DNA of 64,000 bases. Source: Peribolospora baueri (Eukaryota). A model generated the notes under the pieces. It was not told the origin of the DNA. It worked only from the letters and a program-made list of their open reading frames with translations, and ran no database searches. The stretch is from positions 124,001 to 188,000 of the forward strand of contig JAMDHS010000023.1 in assembly GCA_029717555.1 (NCBI GenBank), in the 5' to 3' direction. Below are positions 15,127 to 26,714 of this stretch, one piece after another (the first letter of the stretch is position 1; each line of letters starts with the position of its first letter). The position numbers and the translations under genes are program-made.

Positions 15127-16953
15127 ATGGCCCCTTCCGTCGACGTTGCTCTCCCCACGTTCGGCCTTCGCTCCGCCGGAGGACAGCCCGTGAAGGCCAA
15201 GAAGCTCACATCAGGGCAGCTCGAGCCCGTCGCCTCCCTCCTCCAGCCCTACTCCGCATTCCCGAAGCACATAGAGGGTCCGACGGTATGGCGCGCCGAG
15301 GACTTCCGCGATAAGCCCGAGAAATGGGTTCTCAGGTGGACGGAGGAACAAATCGAACAGCTTGAGAAGGCCGTCGAGCAATTCGAAAGGAGCGGAAGAG
15401 ATCTGACGGAGATCGAGAAGGTGCGTGTGCGAGTGCGAGTGCGCGCTCTGTCTCCCATCCCGACGTGCGTGTGCGCGGCGACACTCAGCGTCGGGGTCTT
15501 CTCCGCCCGCAGGCTACCTTCCCTCTCCCCCCCGACCTGGTCGCGTTTTTGACGACCGTGCGTGAAGACTTGATCAACGGCAAGGGCTTCACGCTCATCA
15601 AGGGCTTGCCCGTCCAGCGTTGGTCTGTGCGTCAGAGTGCCATCGCCTACCTCGGCATCGGCACGTACATCGGCCAAGTCGTCAGCCAGAACAAGAAGGG
15701 TCATGTCCTCGGTGAGCGGTTGGAGGATCGCCGCGCCTGGAAGTCCGTAGGCGCAAAGCGATGGCTGATTTGTCTTACTGTCTCGATTGCTGCCTCAAGG
15801 CCACGTCAAGGACATCGGAAATGACCCTACGCAGATCCACCGTATTCGGATCTACAGCACGAACGCGCGGCAATACTTTCACACCGATTCCAGTGGGTTT
15901 TCGTCGTCGTTGCTAGGCTCCTCTTCTGGCTTCTCTGATTGTCTGTGTTGACGTCGTTCTCCGTGTGCTTTTGCCTCGCCACTCCAGGCGACATCGTCGG
16001 CCTTCTCTGCCTTGCGCGCGCCCGTGAAGGTGGCGAATCTGACCTCGTCTCCAGCCATCACGTCTGGAACGTCCTCCAGCGCGAACGCCCGGACGTTGCG
16101 GAGTTGTTGACGCAGAACAAATGGTACTTCGACCGCAAGGGTGAAACGAGCAGGGGTCAGAAGGAGTGGATTCAGAAGCCAGGTGAGTGTCGGGGAGGGA
16201 CAGGCCGCTGGTTTCGTATGCATGCCTCCTGCTGTCATGCTCATGTCTCTCTCGCCTGCAGTCTACTTCTACCACCAAGGTCGCGTCATCTCATTCTTTG
16301 ACCCTTACTACATCAGGTCTATAGGTGAGCGTCCGCCCAAGCTGACGCCGTCGCCCACGCGTGCGCTCATCGTCCGTCCGTTCTCCACACCTCCATCCGA
16401 CTCGTGCAGGTCGCCACGTCGAAGCGGGTCTGATCCCGGGACACACGAAGGAGCAGGTGGATGCCATCGAGGTGTTTGAGAGCATCGCTCAGCGTGAGGC
16501 TCTGCACATGATCCTCGAAGTGGGCGACCTCCAATTCGTCACTGTGAGCACCCCTTGCGCAACCCTTTCTTCCGAGACGCCTTTCCGTTGACCCCCTCAT
16601 TTCTTAACCCCCCGTCGCCCCCTGTGATACCATCTCGCTCAGGACACGCACATCTTCCACGCCAGGACGGCGTACATTGATAATGCTCCGCCGCTCCCTC
16701 GGCGCCACCTCCTCCGGCTCTGGCTCGCCACTCCTGAGAGCGAAGGAGGCTGGCCTCTTCCCTTCCCGGACTCGAAGGAGCGCAAGAGGGGCGGTATCCA
16801 GGTGGATGACAGTGAGCCGCTCGCGATTTTTGTTTTCCCCACTCATCGATCTCGACGGAGCTGATGCTGACAGCGTCGGCTCGCTTTGACCGAATCTCTC
16901 GTTTACGTCGCGAACGAACAGCACCGGAGAAGTGCCCGCTCGAGGCGGAGTAA
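15127..16953 (+). CDS. TauD/TfdA (clavaminate-synthase-like) Fe(II)/2-oxoglutarate dioxygenase
   Basis: SQNKKGHVLGHVKD, RIYST..QYFHTD (HxD), DIVGLLCL..GGES, GDLQFV..HIFHARTAY, RRHLLRLWL. Confidence 0.88.
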
Positions 16954-17272
16954 AGGACTTTTGCGGCGCGATTGGAGGGACAGGACGAAGGCGAAGACAT
17001 CGGAAGGTTGTGTATCTGAATGCGTGTAGCGTAACCTTGCCGAGAAACGTCTTCCAGTCCAAAAAGGGATGCATCGTGTCGAAGCAACACCGCAACACTC
17101 CCAAAGTATCAGATAGTCGAAAGCAATACTGAATAGCCCTAGAGTATACGATTCGCGCTCTTCGTCGAGTCCACGACGATTCAAGGATCCTAAACACGAA
17201 CGACATATGTTTACACAACTTTGGTAGATGTGTACGGAGAAAATGAAAGGGTCGGGTGGGGTGGAAGAGAGA

Positions 17273-18357
17273 TTAACCGACGACCATGGCATCGGACGCC
17301 GAGGACTTCCTCTTTTTCTTGGCAGCCTTCTTCTTCGCCGCAGCCCTATCCGCGTTCAAGCGTAGGAGGAAGACAAGGATCAGGAAGGGTTTTCCATGTA
17401 GCCACGAATGCGCGCAACCCCTCCTCACCTCTTCTTGCCGCTCGTCCCGCCAGCCACGCCCAAACGCTCCTTCAAGCTCAACGTGCTCGCCACCGGCTGG
17501 ACCTTAGCCGCCGCCTTCATTGCTGCACCCGCTTTTAGCGTTCCGCTTCCAGATGCGACGGGGAGAGCGGCCGGGGCGGAGGCGCGAGCGGGCTCTCGCC
17601 TCTGGCTCAGCATCACACTCAGCGTCCTCCCGTCGGCCAGGGCGCCGTTGAATTTTTGCACGGCCTGCTCCGCGTGTGCTCGGACTTTGTACGTCACTTC
17701 AAAGGATACGGTCTGCGCAGCGGGGGAAGGGTTACGCATCTTCGGGGGGAGAACAAAGGAGGGAAAGAAGAAAGGGCGGGCGTGACACTATCAGCACGCC
17801 GGTCCCATCCACGGCGCGACAACCGATAAAGAAGCGTTGAACAAAGACGGGCACCATACTCACCTTGACCTCGTGCACAGGCCCGATCGCTTCGAAAGTG
17901 AGCTTGATGTCCTCAGCGCTCGTCCCGTTGACCAGGTTACTGACGACGATCGGAGTAAACCCGCTGGTGCCCTTGATGCTCAGGCCCGAGCCGTTCGCCG
18001 CCTTCCCTCCTCCGCTTCCTCTTACTCGAGCCCTCGCCGCCTGCGTCAACGGCGATTGCGATCCGGTGAGGCGCGACGCCAGAGCGCCCCCCGCGGTATC
18101 CTCCGGGAAGAGGTCGTGGTTCCACGGCTGGTTCGGGTTCCCAGGTTTCTAAAAGGGTGAGGCAGAGAGAAGCGAACGGCCGCATCCGTTCCATGAGTAA
18201 GTGCGCAGAGAATAGCGAGCGGTGGAGACGACAAGGAGTGTTTGCGTGAGTGTGCTGCGTAGGTACTCACCGCGTAAGGCCCGGAGCGCGCACGGCCGCT
18301 TCGACTCCTTTCAGCGCGACTGGTTCTGCCGTTGGTGTCGCTCATATCCACGTCCAT
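17273..18357 (-). CDS. Small RRM protein, ALYREF/Yra1-like
   Basis: RARSGPY, PWNHDLF, IVVSNLVNGTSAEDIKLTFEAIGPV, AEQAVQKFNGALADGRTLSV, Lys-rich tail; four exons. Confidence 0.7.
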
Positions 18358-18607
18358 CCTGGGCGGGGCAGAATGATGATAAGAATGTGAGAGGGTATAG
18401 CGAAAAGGACAGACCAGTAGCTCACTTGAACGGGAATTAAGGACAGTGCAGACGGGTGCTGGCTTGCGAGTGGCGGATGGTGTGATTGCCGGTGATGGTG
18501 CAAGCGATCGTTCGGAGCGGTTCACTTCACACGACGAAGAATGGAGCGAACGCGGCACGTTTGTCCAGTGAGACGCGTTACAGACCCTGCCTTGATCTTG
18601 AGACTAC

Positions 18608-18706
18608 AGGACTGTGACGCAGTGGTTAGCGTAGCTCGTTTACATGTTTTGGATTCCATCCGAAATGATGCCGAGTTGGTCGCAGGTTCGATCCCTGCCA
18701 GTCCTA
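18608..18706 (+). tRNA. tRNA-Val(UAC) with 26-nt intron (18645-18670)
   Basis: Acceptor AGGACTG/CAGTCCT, D-arm ACGC-AGTGGTTA-GCGT, anticodon stem GCTCG/CGAGT with TAC at 18641-18643, T-arm GCAGG-TTCGATC-CCTGC, T5 Pol III terminator at 18717-18721. Confidence 0.92.
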
Positions 18707-18819
18707 ATTATTTCACTTTTTAGTGCGCGTACATGTGAGATGTATGTGTAGTCCTGATTGAGACGTGGACGAAAACAAGAAAAATCGGAAGGCAAAAAAA
18801 AAAAAATTGCCAGCTTGCT

Positions 18820-21800
18820 CTACAAAGGCACAGGCGCCTCCGGACCAGCGCCCCCGTCGCCGCCGCGTTGACGTCCCTCGTCTTCTCGTTCCCTCTCCCC
18901 TCTTCGCCACGCGATCTGCCGAATCCACACCCATGCGGCCAATGCAGCCGCGAGACCGAGGATGAGGGCAGTCTCGATGAGGTCCTCGTTCGTCAGATCC
19001 CCATCCCCACCGAGCCCGAACGCATCCTCCTCACCCGGCTGACCCAAGAAGCCTGCCCCGCCGTTCGCTGCCTCCTCCGCCACCCGCCGAGCCCGCTCCT
19101 GCCGCACCTGCCGGTACCGCCTGTATTCATTCTCGTGCTCGTACGCCTCCGGCTCGTGCGCCCCCGCAACCGCCGGATCGTTCCCTCGATTGTCCACCCC
19201 GCCCGGGCCTACTCCGAACCAATCCGCCATGCTGAAGAAGGTCCATCTATCCTCACTGCGTCTCGAGTCCTCCTCCCTCGGCTTAGATGCTGACGGCAAG
19301 CTGAAAATGGACGACGGGCTGTCTCCGTCTGCAGTAAAAAGCGAGTCCCACAACGCCCGAGCGTACAGTTTGATGAGCGAGAGGGTCACTGGCAGGTACG
19401 CTTCGCTCCGATTGATCTCGAGAGCCATGTCGTAATATCGCTTGGCGAGATGATAGTCCTGACCCGGGATGAAGGATGGAGACGTGCCCTCAGCCAGCGA
19501 TCCCTCCGCACTGAAAAGAACTGGCACTCACCTTCGGGACGCCCAAGCCCGTCTCGTACATCCAGCCCATGTTCCACATGGCCAGCGCGCTCACGTGCGT
19601 GTCAGCAGCGCTCTGGTACGACGCAGCCGCCTTCTCCAGCTCGGGTTTGCCGTCCGGTGTCCCATAGCCGTGGTAGTAGTAATCGCCCATCTTGACGAGT
19701 GCATCCACGTTGTCTTGGGCGGCTGAGCGCGTCCAGTGGATGAGCGCTAGTCGGTCGTCGGCAGGCTCGTGTGTTCGAGGTCCGTCCAGTGATGGGATGT
19801 GGAGACGGTACTTGTCTGATCCGGAACGAACAGCTCGGTATCAATGGCTAAGGAAAGGGACTACGTATCCACGGACAAACGACTCACCTCGATCCAGAAT
19901 CCAGGCAACATTGTTCTGAGCGCTCTCGTAACCCTTCTCAGCGGCGATCAGATAGCCAAGTAGAGCCTTCTCCTTCTTCCCTTTCTTCCAAGCCCTGTCC
20001 GCATCTCGGAAAATGGGATGTCTCCAATCCCCGCGCTCGGAGGCCACCTTGAAGAAACTCACCGCCAGCGGACACACATCCGCTCGGCTGCTGCTGCGCA
20101 CCATTCGAGCGTTCAGCTTGGCGAGATGGTAATAGGCTTCAAAGGCGTTGCCAGTGTGCACTGCGCGTTCGAGGTATTGGCCAGCTTGTTGATATTCCCC
20201 GAGGTCTGATCATTCAGTCAAGTGTCGAGGCAACCGAGTGACAGGACATGGGACGATCAGAGACAGCCGATCAAGACACATCTGCCACATAAACGAGTTG
20301 CTCACCGAGATGAATCTTGGCCAGGTTGACCAAAGCGTCCGGGTGCTCTTGCTGCGCTGCGGCGAAGAAGAAATTGGTCGCCTGGAACATATCGACAGGG
20401 ATGCCGAGGCCTTCGCGGTGCATAATGCCGAGTCCGTTCTGCGCCTCGCTGTCCTTCTGCTCGCAAGAACCACACGAGGATCAGTTGAATATCGCTGGGT
20501 TGAATGAGGCAGCGGTTCCATTGCCTCACCTCTCCCAACGCGCGCTGGAACCACACCCAAGCCCGTCCAAAGTCTTGCTGCACGCCCTCTCCTCTCAGAT
20601 ACATCCGTCCTAGGTAGCTCGCAGCTATGGCCGCCGCCTTCTTCACGTCCTCCTCCACTTTGAGCACAATGTCGTCCCCTGCTGAACCTTGATTAGCCAC
20701 GACGCCGGAAGGACCGCCGCGCTTGACGGACCCCTCGTCGAGAGGCCAGACCTGGCGAGCGATATGCAAAAAGTACGCCCTGGACTTCTCGTAGTCGCGC
20801 TCCACGCCGCCAGCCGCCTCGCCAACCCCTCCCGGGCCCCCTGGGGGGATGTAAACGCTGCCTTGATAATAAATACGGCCGAGATGAAGCGTGTAGGTAA
20901 CCTCGCCGCGGGCGCTATAGAAGTCGTAGAATGCCAAAATGTCATCCCATGAGTCCCCGTCCGGCCCTCCGGGACCTCCTAACGCCGCCTTGACTGCCGG
21001 CCTTCGGGCGTTCTCGCCCGTGCTTGCTACCGAAGCGCCAGGGCCGAATACGCCTCCAAAGGTGTCCGAAATGCGCGTCTTGGAGTACGGAAGGGTGAAA
21101 CCCCCAGGTGGGCCGCTTAAGAAGTACTTGTACGCTATAGGGGAGAAGGGTGCGAAGGAGAGGAAATGTCCAGTCAGCGTCCGTCGTTTTTCTGCAATTT
21201 CACCCTAGCACACTAGACAAGGTAAATAAAATCGTACCACAAACTAACCCTGATCAGCAGCTTCCTCGTACCAGCTTAGCGCATTGGTGCAGCTCGCAGG
21301 CGTTCCGATGCCAATCAAGTTACGGAACCCGACGGCCATCTTCGCTGCCGGGTCGCCTCCGAGTGCGGCGAAGGTGTAGTATAAGAGAGCCTGCATGCGA
21401 TGCATGCTATTGAGCAAAGGGAGCCTGATTCTACGCAGACCTGCGAGGAACTAGGATGGACATCACTCTCACCTTGCCCTGGTCCGGCTCAACAGCCCCT
21501 TTGTAGCCGGTGGAGTAAAAGAAGGCGACCATGTTTTGAGCGGTAGAATTGCCCGTTTGCTCCGCCAAACGCTCATACGCTTCGAAGGCCTTGGTCACGT
21601 TCACGGGCGTTGAGAAACGGCCCCACTGAGTCGTGACCAGTCAAGGAAAGTGAAAGCACACGAAGCGAGTGTGAGACTCGAATATCCAAACACAAAGATC
21701 GGGGATTCGGGGGGCGGCATACTCACCAGATAAATGTCTCCAAGAGCATTTAAAGCCTCTCCGTGCCCAAGCTGCGCCGCCTGCTCGAGCATCTCCAAGC

Positions 21801-22318
21801 CCGCCTTTCTGGACGCATCCTGCTTCGTCCTCCCTTTTCCACCCAGCCTCCCCTTCTCATCATAGGCCCTGCCACCAGAAGACGACGTGTCGAAAAGTAA
21901 TCCTTTTACCCCTTCCGCCATTCGGAGAGCCGTTCCAACCGGGCCGTATGACTCGACGGCGTCAAGGTAGGGAGAGAGGCGGCCGGAGGAAAGTGAGGAG
22001 GAGCGCACGGATGACCGGAGGGTGGACATCGCTTCGGCGTAGAGACGAGCACCTGATGCAGAAAGTAGAGATAGCAACAAAAACTGTAACGTTGAATGTA
22101 ATGCTCCCCACTAACTCTCGCCCACCGTCCCCTTCTTCCAAGAAGAAAGAACAAACGCGTTCACCTTCAGCATTCGTTCCTTCGCCCGGAGCCCTGACGG
22201 CGGGCAAGTCGCCCCGAGCATCCGTCTGCGCCGCGCATTGTAGGGCAAGAAGACCCACAAGCAGCACGCACGCACGCTTCCTCAGAAAGCCTCTTCGAGC
22301 CCGTCGACGTGCGGGCAT
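18820..22318 (-). CDS. HRD3: SEL1L/Hrd3 ERAD component (SEL1 repeats)
   Basis: Signal peptide; SEL1 repeats (YLGRMYLRGEGVQQD, AAEKGYESAQNNVAWILD, DALVKMGDYYYHGYG, ALAMWNMGWMYETGLGV, DYHLAKRYYDMAL); C-terminal TM. Confidence 0.92.
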
Positions 22319-22417
22319 GGTGGCGAAAAATGTTTAGAGCAAGTCGTGAATGGAGTCGCGCTTCGCTGGCCGTTCCTGTAGCGGAGGTGGAGCTGCGGAC
22401 GATCGCGGCGGCGCGTG

Positions 22418-22431
22418 GCACGTGACACGTC
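22418..22431. promoter_or_regulatory. RTCACGTGC E-box overlapping a second ACGT-core site in the HRD3/MOG1 divergent promoter
   Basis: GCACGTGACACGTC on plus strand. Confidence 0.5.
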
Positions 22432-22529
22432 GAGGAGAGTCGGTTACATCTACAGCAGCAGTCTTCCTCTTTCCTCTTCACCTTCTCTCACGCATCTGCC
22501 ACAACCGACTGTCTGATAGGTGCTCCAGG

Positions 22530-23303
22530 ATGCCGGCGCCAGCTCCAATATACGACGAATATGACTTGTTTGGTGGAGCAATCAAGGTCGAGCTGCCCAA
22601 AGGCCTCGTCGATGCTAGGTGAGCTGGAGTAGAGATTGGCTCTCTGCCGGAGAAGCTCGTTGACGACGAGTCCTGCCCTCCTTTCCTTCACCCCTTCTTG
22701 TTCCAAGCGATCTGAGAGAGGTCCCAAACAATCAAGAGGTCTTCCTCTCACCGGATTCGGACGTTTCCTATATCTTCGAAGTCCTGCAGATGGTCACGGA
22801 GGGTCGAGCCGGAGAGGATCTGGAGCAAGCTGCTCGGTGAGCGTAGTGCGACTGCCGACAACGACAGTATATAATGTGAGATTTTTTGCTGACGTTTCTG
22901 TTGCCTTAAATATTCCTTTCATCCAAACCTCCCGATGCATCGTTCATGCACACCAACCCGCAGATTCCACTTTGACTCTCTGGCTCACGACAACTCGGCC
23001 GACTCGGCGACGGTCGAGCAGGTCTCTTTAGGATCAGACCCGAAAGACGGGATTACACCACAACCCATCACCCTCTCAGGCATGCAGAAGGTGCGCAAGT
23101 TTGGCAGGGCGTCGGAACCTCAAGACGAGGTGTGCATCTTCTTGGCCTTGTGGCGGATCAAGGAGAAGAACGCGGACTTTGTGTTCAGTGTCAACGTGCC
23201 TCGAAGGGCTGGAGAGGAGTTCCTTGAGAAGATGGCTGGGGCTGCTTTCGAGAGGGCCGTCAAGAGCCTCAGAATCTTGAACTTGGGATTGTTCGCCGGA
23301 TAG
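22530..23303 (+). CDS. MOG1: Mog1/PsbP-like Ran guanine-nucleotide release factor
   Basis: LFGGAI..LP..DASDLREVPNNQEVF, SYIFEVLQMV, FHFDSLAHDN, LSGMQKVRKF, IFLALWRI..ADFVFSVNVP, SLRILNLGLF. Confidence 0.9.
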
Positions 23304-23621
23304 GGTGAGGTAGTCCTGCGGCTGTCACCCTGCTGCCGCTCCTCGTAAGAGCCTTTATCTAGACCTCTCCCTTGCGCTCCCAAAAGGAGTTTCATATCCA
23401 ACTTGCTCTGCGCCATCTGCGCGCCTTGCTGTATTCTGTTCCCCATCGTGTAATTATGTACGACTCGTGTCTACTCAGACTGCAACACCAGACGAGCGGT
23501 TACTGCGGCACAGTCCGCCTAGCTCCGCAGTACTGCCGCAGTCGCTCCTTGAGAAGCTCTCCAGTCAGGGCCCATTTCGAGGCATCGGTGCGCTCGCCAT
23601 CACATCAGAGTTCACTCTTGG

Positions 23622-26217
23622 ATGCCCCTTCTCAGCTTCTCTCCCGCCTTCGCCAGCTCTTCGCGCTATCTGATCACCCGCGCCACGTCCAGCTCTCTGC
23701 TCTCTGTTCGCTACTTTGCTCCATCTTCCCAAAGACCAATGTCAGTACCTCCAGTGGCGCCGACCTCCGATCCCCTGCCCTCGCTCCAGGCGGCAGCTGA
23801 AGCGCAGGGCGACAAGGTGCGCAAGCTCAAGGCGGAGAAGGCAGATGCCTCCGTCATTTCCAAGGAGGTTGAATTGCTCAAGAGCTTGAAGGCTCAGGTC
23901 GCTCAGGCCGCAGGCGGCGGAGCTGTGCAAGGAGATGGCGTCGTGAAGAAGGAGGGCGGCAAGTCGAAGGGCAAGGAGAAGTTTACGTTGAAGACGCCCA
24001 AGGTAAGGGCGAGGGCACCATCTTGGAGGACCAACGTTTGTGGTTATCCGAGCAAAGAGCTAATCTTTCTTGGCACGGCCACAGGGCACACGGGACTGGT
24101 CACCGTTAGAGATGGCCCTACGCGAGCACATCTTCTCGACGATCACGACTGTCTTCAAGAAGCACGGCGCAGTGACTATTGACACGCCCGTCTTCGAGCT
24201 CAAGGAGATCCTGGCTGGCAAGTATGGCGAGGACTCCAAGCTCATCTATGACTTGCAGGACCAGGGTGGAGAGCTGTGTAGCTTGCGGTATGACCTCACG
24301 GTGAGCGTGCGACGAGGTTCTCAGACGGGAAAGTTAAGGTCGATCGGTTTGACCAGGGAGCTCATGTACCTGTCGTTGTTCTATGGCCTTGTAGGTACCG
24401 TTCGCGCGCTTCCTGGCGATGAACGGAGCGACGATTCAGAACATCAAGCGCTACCACATTGCAAAGGTCTACCGACGCGACCAGCCCGCCATGACCAAAG
24501 GAAGGATGCGCGAGTTCTACCAATGCGTGAGCGAGCCTTGAAAGTCTGGGAGGCTCCAGGCTCTATTGTTGTGGCGAGGTCGGCGCACTGACTTTACTAT
24601 TGGCGCGCACTTGCCTCGCTGTGGACAGGATTTTGACATTGCTGGCACATACGACTCTATGGTTCCTGATGCGGAAGTGCTGTGCACCTTGTGCGAAGTG
24701 CTAGAGGCGCTCGATGTCGGCGAGTTCACTGTCAAAGTACGTACCTAGAGCTTTCAGCGTGGTCTAATAGCGCCCATCGCTCACGATGTCTCTCGTCTGA
24801 TCGCTTCTCAGCTGAACCACCGCAAGATTCTTGACGGAATTTTCGAGCTTTGCGGTGTGCCGTCGGACAAGATCCGGACCATTTCCTCGGCGGTGGATAA
24901 GCTTGACAAGGTGAGAATGCGTTATCGGGGTCGCCATTCGCGTCCGTCGTTCTGCATTCGAAAGACGCTGACTCAGAAGACGCGGCGTCGCGAACTACTT
25001 CGACGGATCGTAGTCTCCATGGTCTGAGGTCCGACGAGAGATGACGGAGGATAAGGGTTTGGACGGGGCGGTGGCAGACCGCATTGGAGAATACGTTAAG
25101 CTCAAAGGTAAGAAAACGGCTCGACGTGGACGAGGATGGTCAATGATGGGGAAGACGCACGAACTGAAATCTGACATGTTGACGTATGCGTGCAGGTGGA
25201 GAAGATTTGCTCGAAAAGCTGAAGAGCGATGACAAGCTGGTTGGCAATGTGTCCGCTGCGGAGGGCATCAAAGACATGGAGACCTTGTTCGGCTATCTCA
25301 AGGCCTTTGGCGTGCTCAAGAAGGTGCGATTTTTCCCGCTCCTCAGGTTAGGCGGAGCACGTTGTTGGGGTGAGGCTGACTAGGCGCTGGACTATTTCGC
25401 TTGCTCGCTCTGCAGATGTCGTTTGACCTGTCTCTCGCACGAGGATTAGACTACTACACCGGCATCATCTACGAAGCCATTGTGGAAGCGTCCGCACCCC
25501 CTGGCTTTAAGCCGTCCGAGAACGGCGGCTCTTCTGCCGCTGCGGCGGCGCCCGCGAAGCCGGTGGTGAAGAAGAAGACGGACGAGGAGGATGAACTGGA
25601 CGAGTCGACCGTCGGCGTGGGCTCCATCGCCGCCGGTGGCCGGTACGACAACCTGGTGGGCATGTTCTCCGGCAGCAAAAAACCGAATGCCGTTCCCTGT
25701 GTGGGCGTGAGCGTGGGAGTCGAACGCGTGTTCAGCATCCTCATGCAGAAGGCCAAGGAGAAGGATGGAGGAGAGCTGAGGCGGAAGGGCGTCGACGTGT
25801 TCGTCATGAGCATGGGAGAAGGGCTTCTGCTGGAAAGGATGGCGGTCGCAAAGCAGCTTTGGGACGCCGGTATCAAGGTGCGTCAAGTCGCGCTTCAAAT
25901 CCATAGCCAGCTGGTGTGGGTCTTTCGCTCACTGCTTCTTTTTTTTTTTTTATCTCGCCCCTCTTCGACGTGATCCGCGACAGGCCGAGTTCCTCTACAA
26001 GGTCAAGCCCAAGGGCCGGGCGCAGTTCGAAGCGATCGAGAAGGACCGGATCCCATTCGCCGTCATGGTGGCGCCCGACGAGCTCAAGGCGGGCCTCGTG
26101 CGCGTCAAGGCGCAGGTGGGGAAGGAGGGCGATGCAGGCAAGGGAGAGGAGGTGAAGCGAGACGATCTGGTGGCGTACATCAAGGAGAAGATGGAAAAGA
26201 TGGACTTGTCCGCCTAA
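23622..26217 (+). CDS. HTS1: Histidyl-tRNA synthetase (two in-frame ATGs, WHEP-like N-terminal domain)
   Basis: [94 protein letters not shown]. Confidence 0.97.
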
Positions 26218-26714
26218 TCCTTTCTCGGCCCCTTCCTCGGCTGTCAGCTGGCGTTACGGCTAGTTGTATGTAGGTCATAATTCGCGTCGCATTTGCTGGA
26301 CGGAATAGAGCTCGTCCTCGTCCTCGTTTTCTCTTCCCAGCAGTCGAATCCCGCCCGTCACGCTAACTAACGCCGGTCGCTCGCTTGAGGAGGTGTTTGC
26401 GAAGAGAGGAATGGACAATCCGACTTGTTCCGACGCTCAACCAAGGCCAAACCAACGTACGTGCGGAGCAGAACAGGTACGGTATGTGCTGTACGTCCAA
26501 AAGGGGGACACACTTGGTCCATCGAAAGGGCTAGCTAGCCGCACGGACCAGTCTAGAGAAGATCCGACGATGCGTGGGGCAAAGAAAGCGAAAGGGCTAG
26601 AAAAAAAAGAATCTGGCAATCCCTGTCTTCCCTGAATTCAAACAAATCCACCGCCTCTCTGCCTCCCCGGCTCGGCTCGGATCGCGGATCGAATCGAATC
26701 CGACCAGATCAGAG

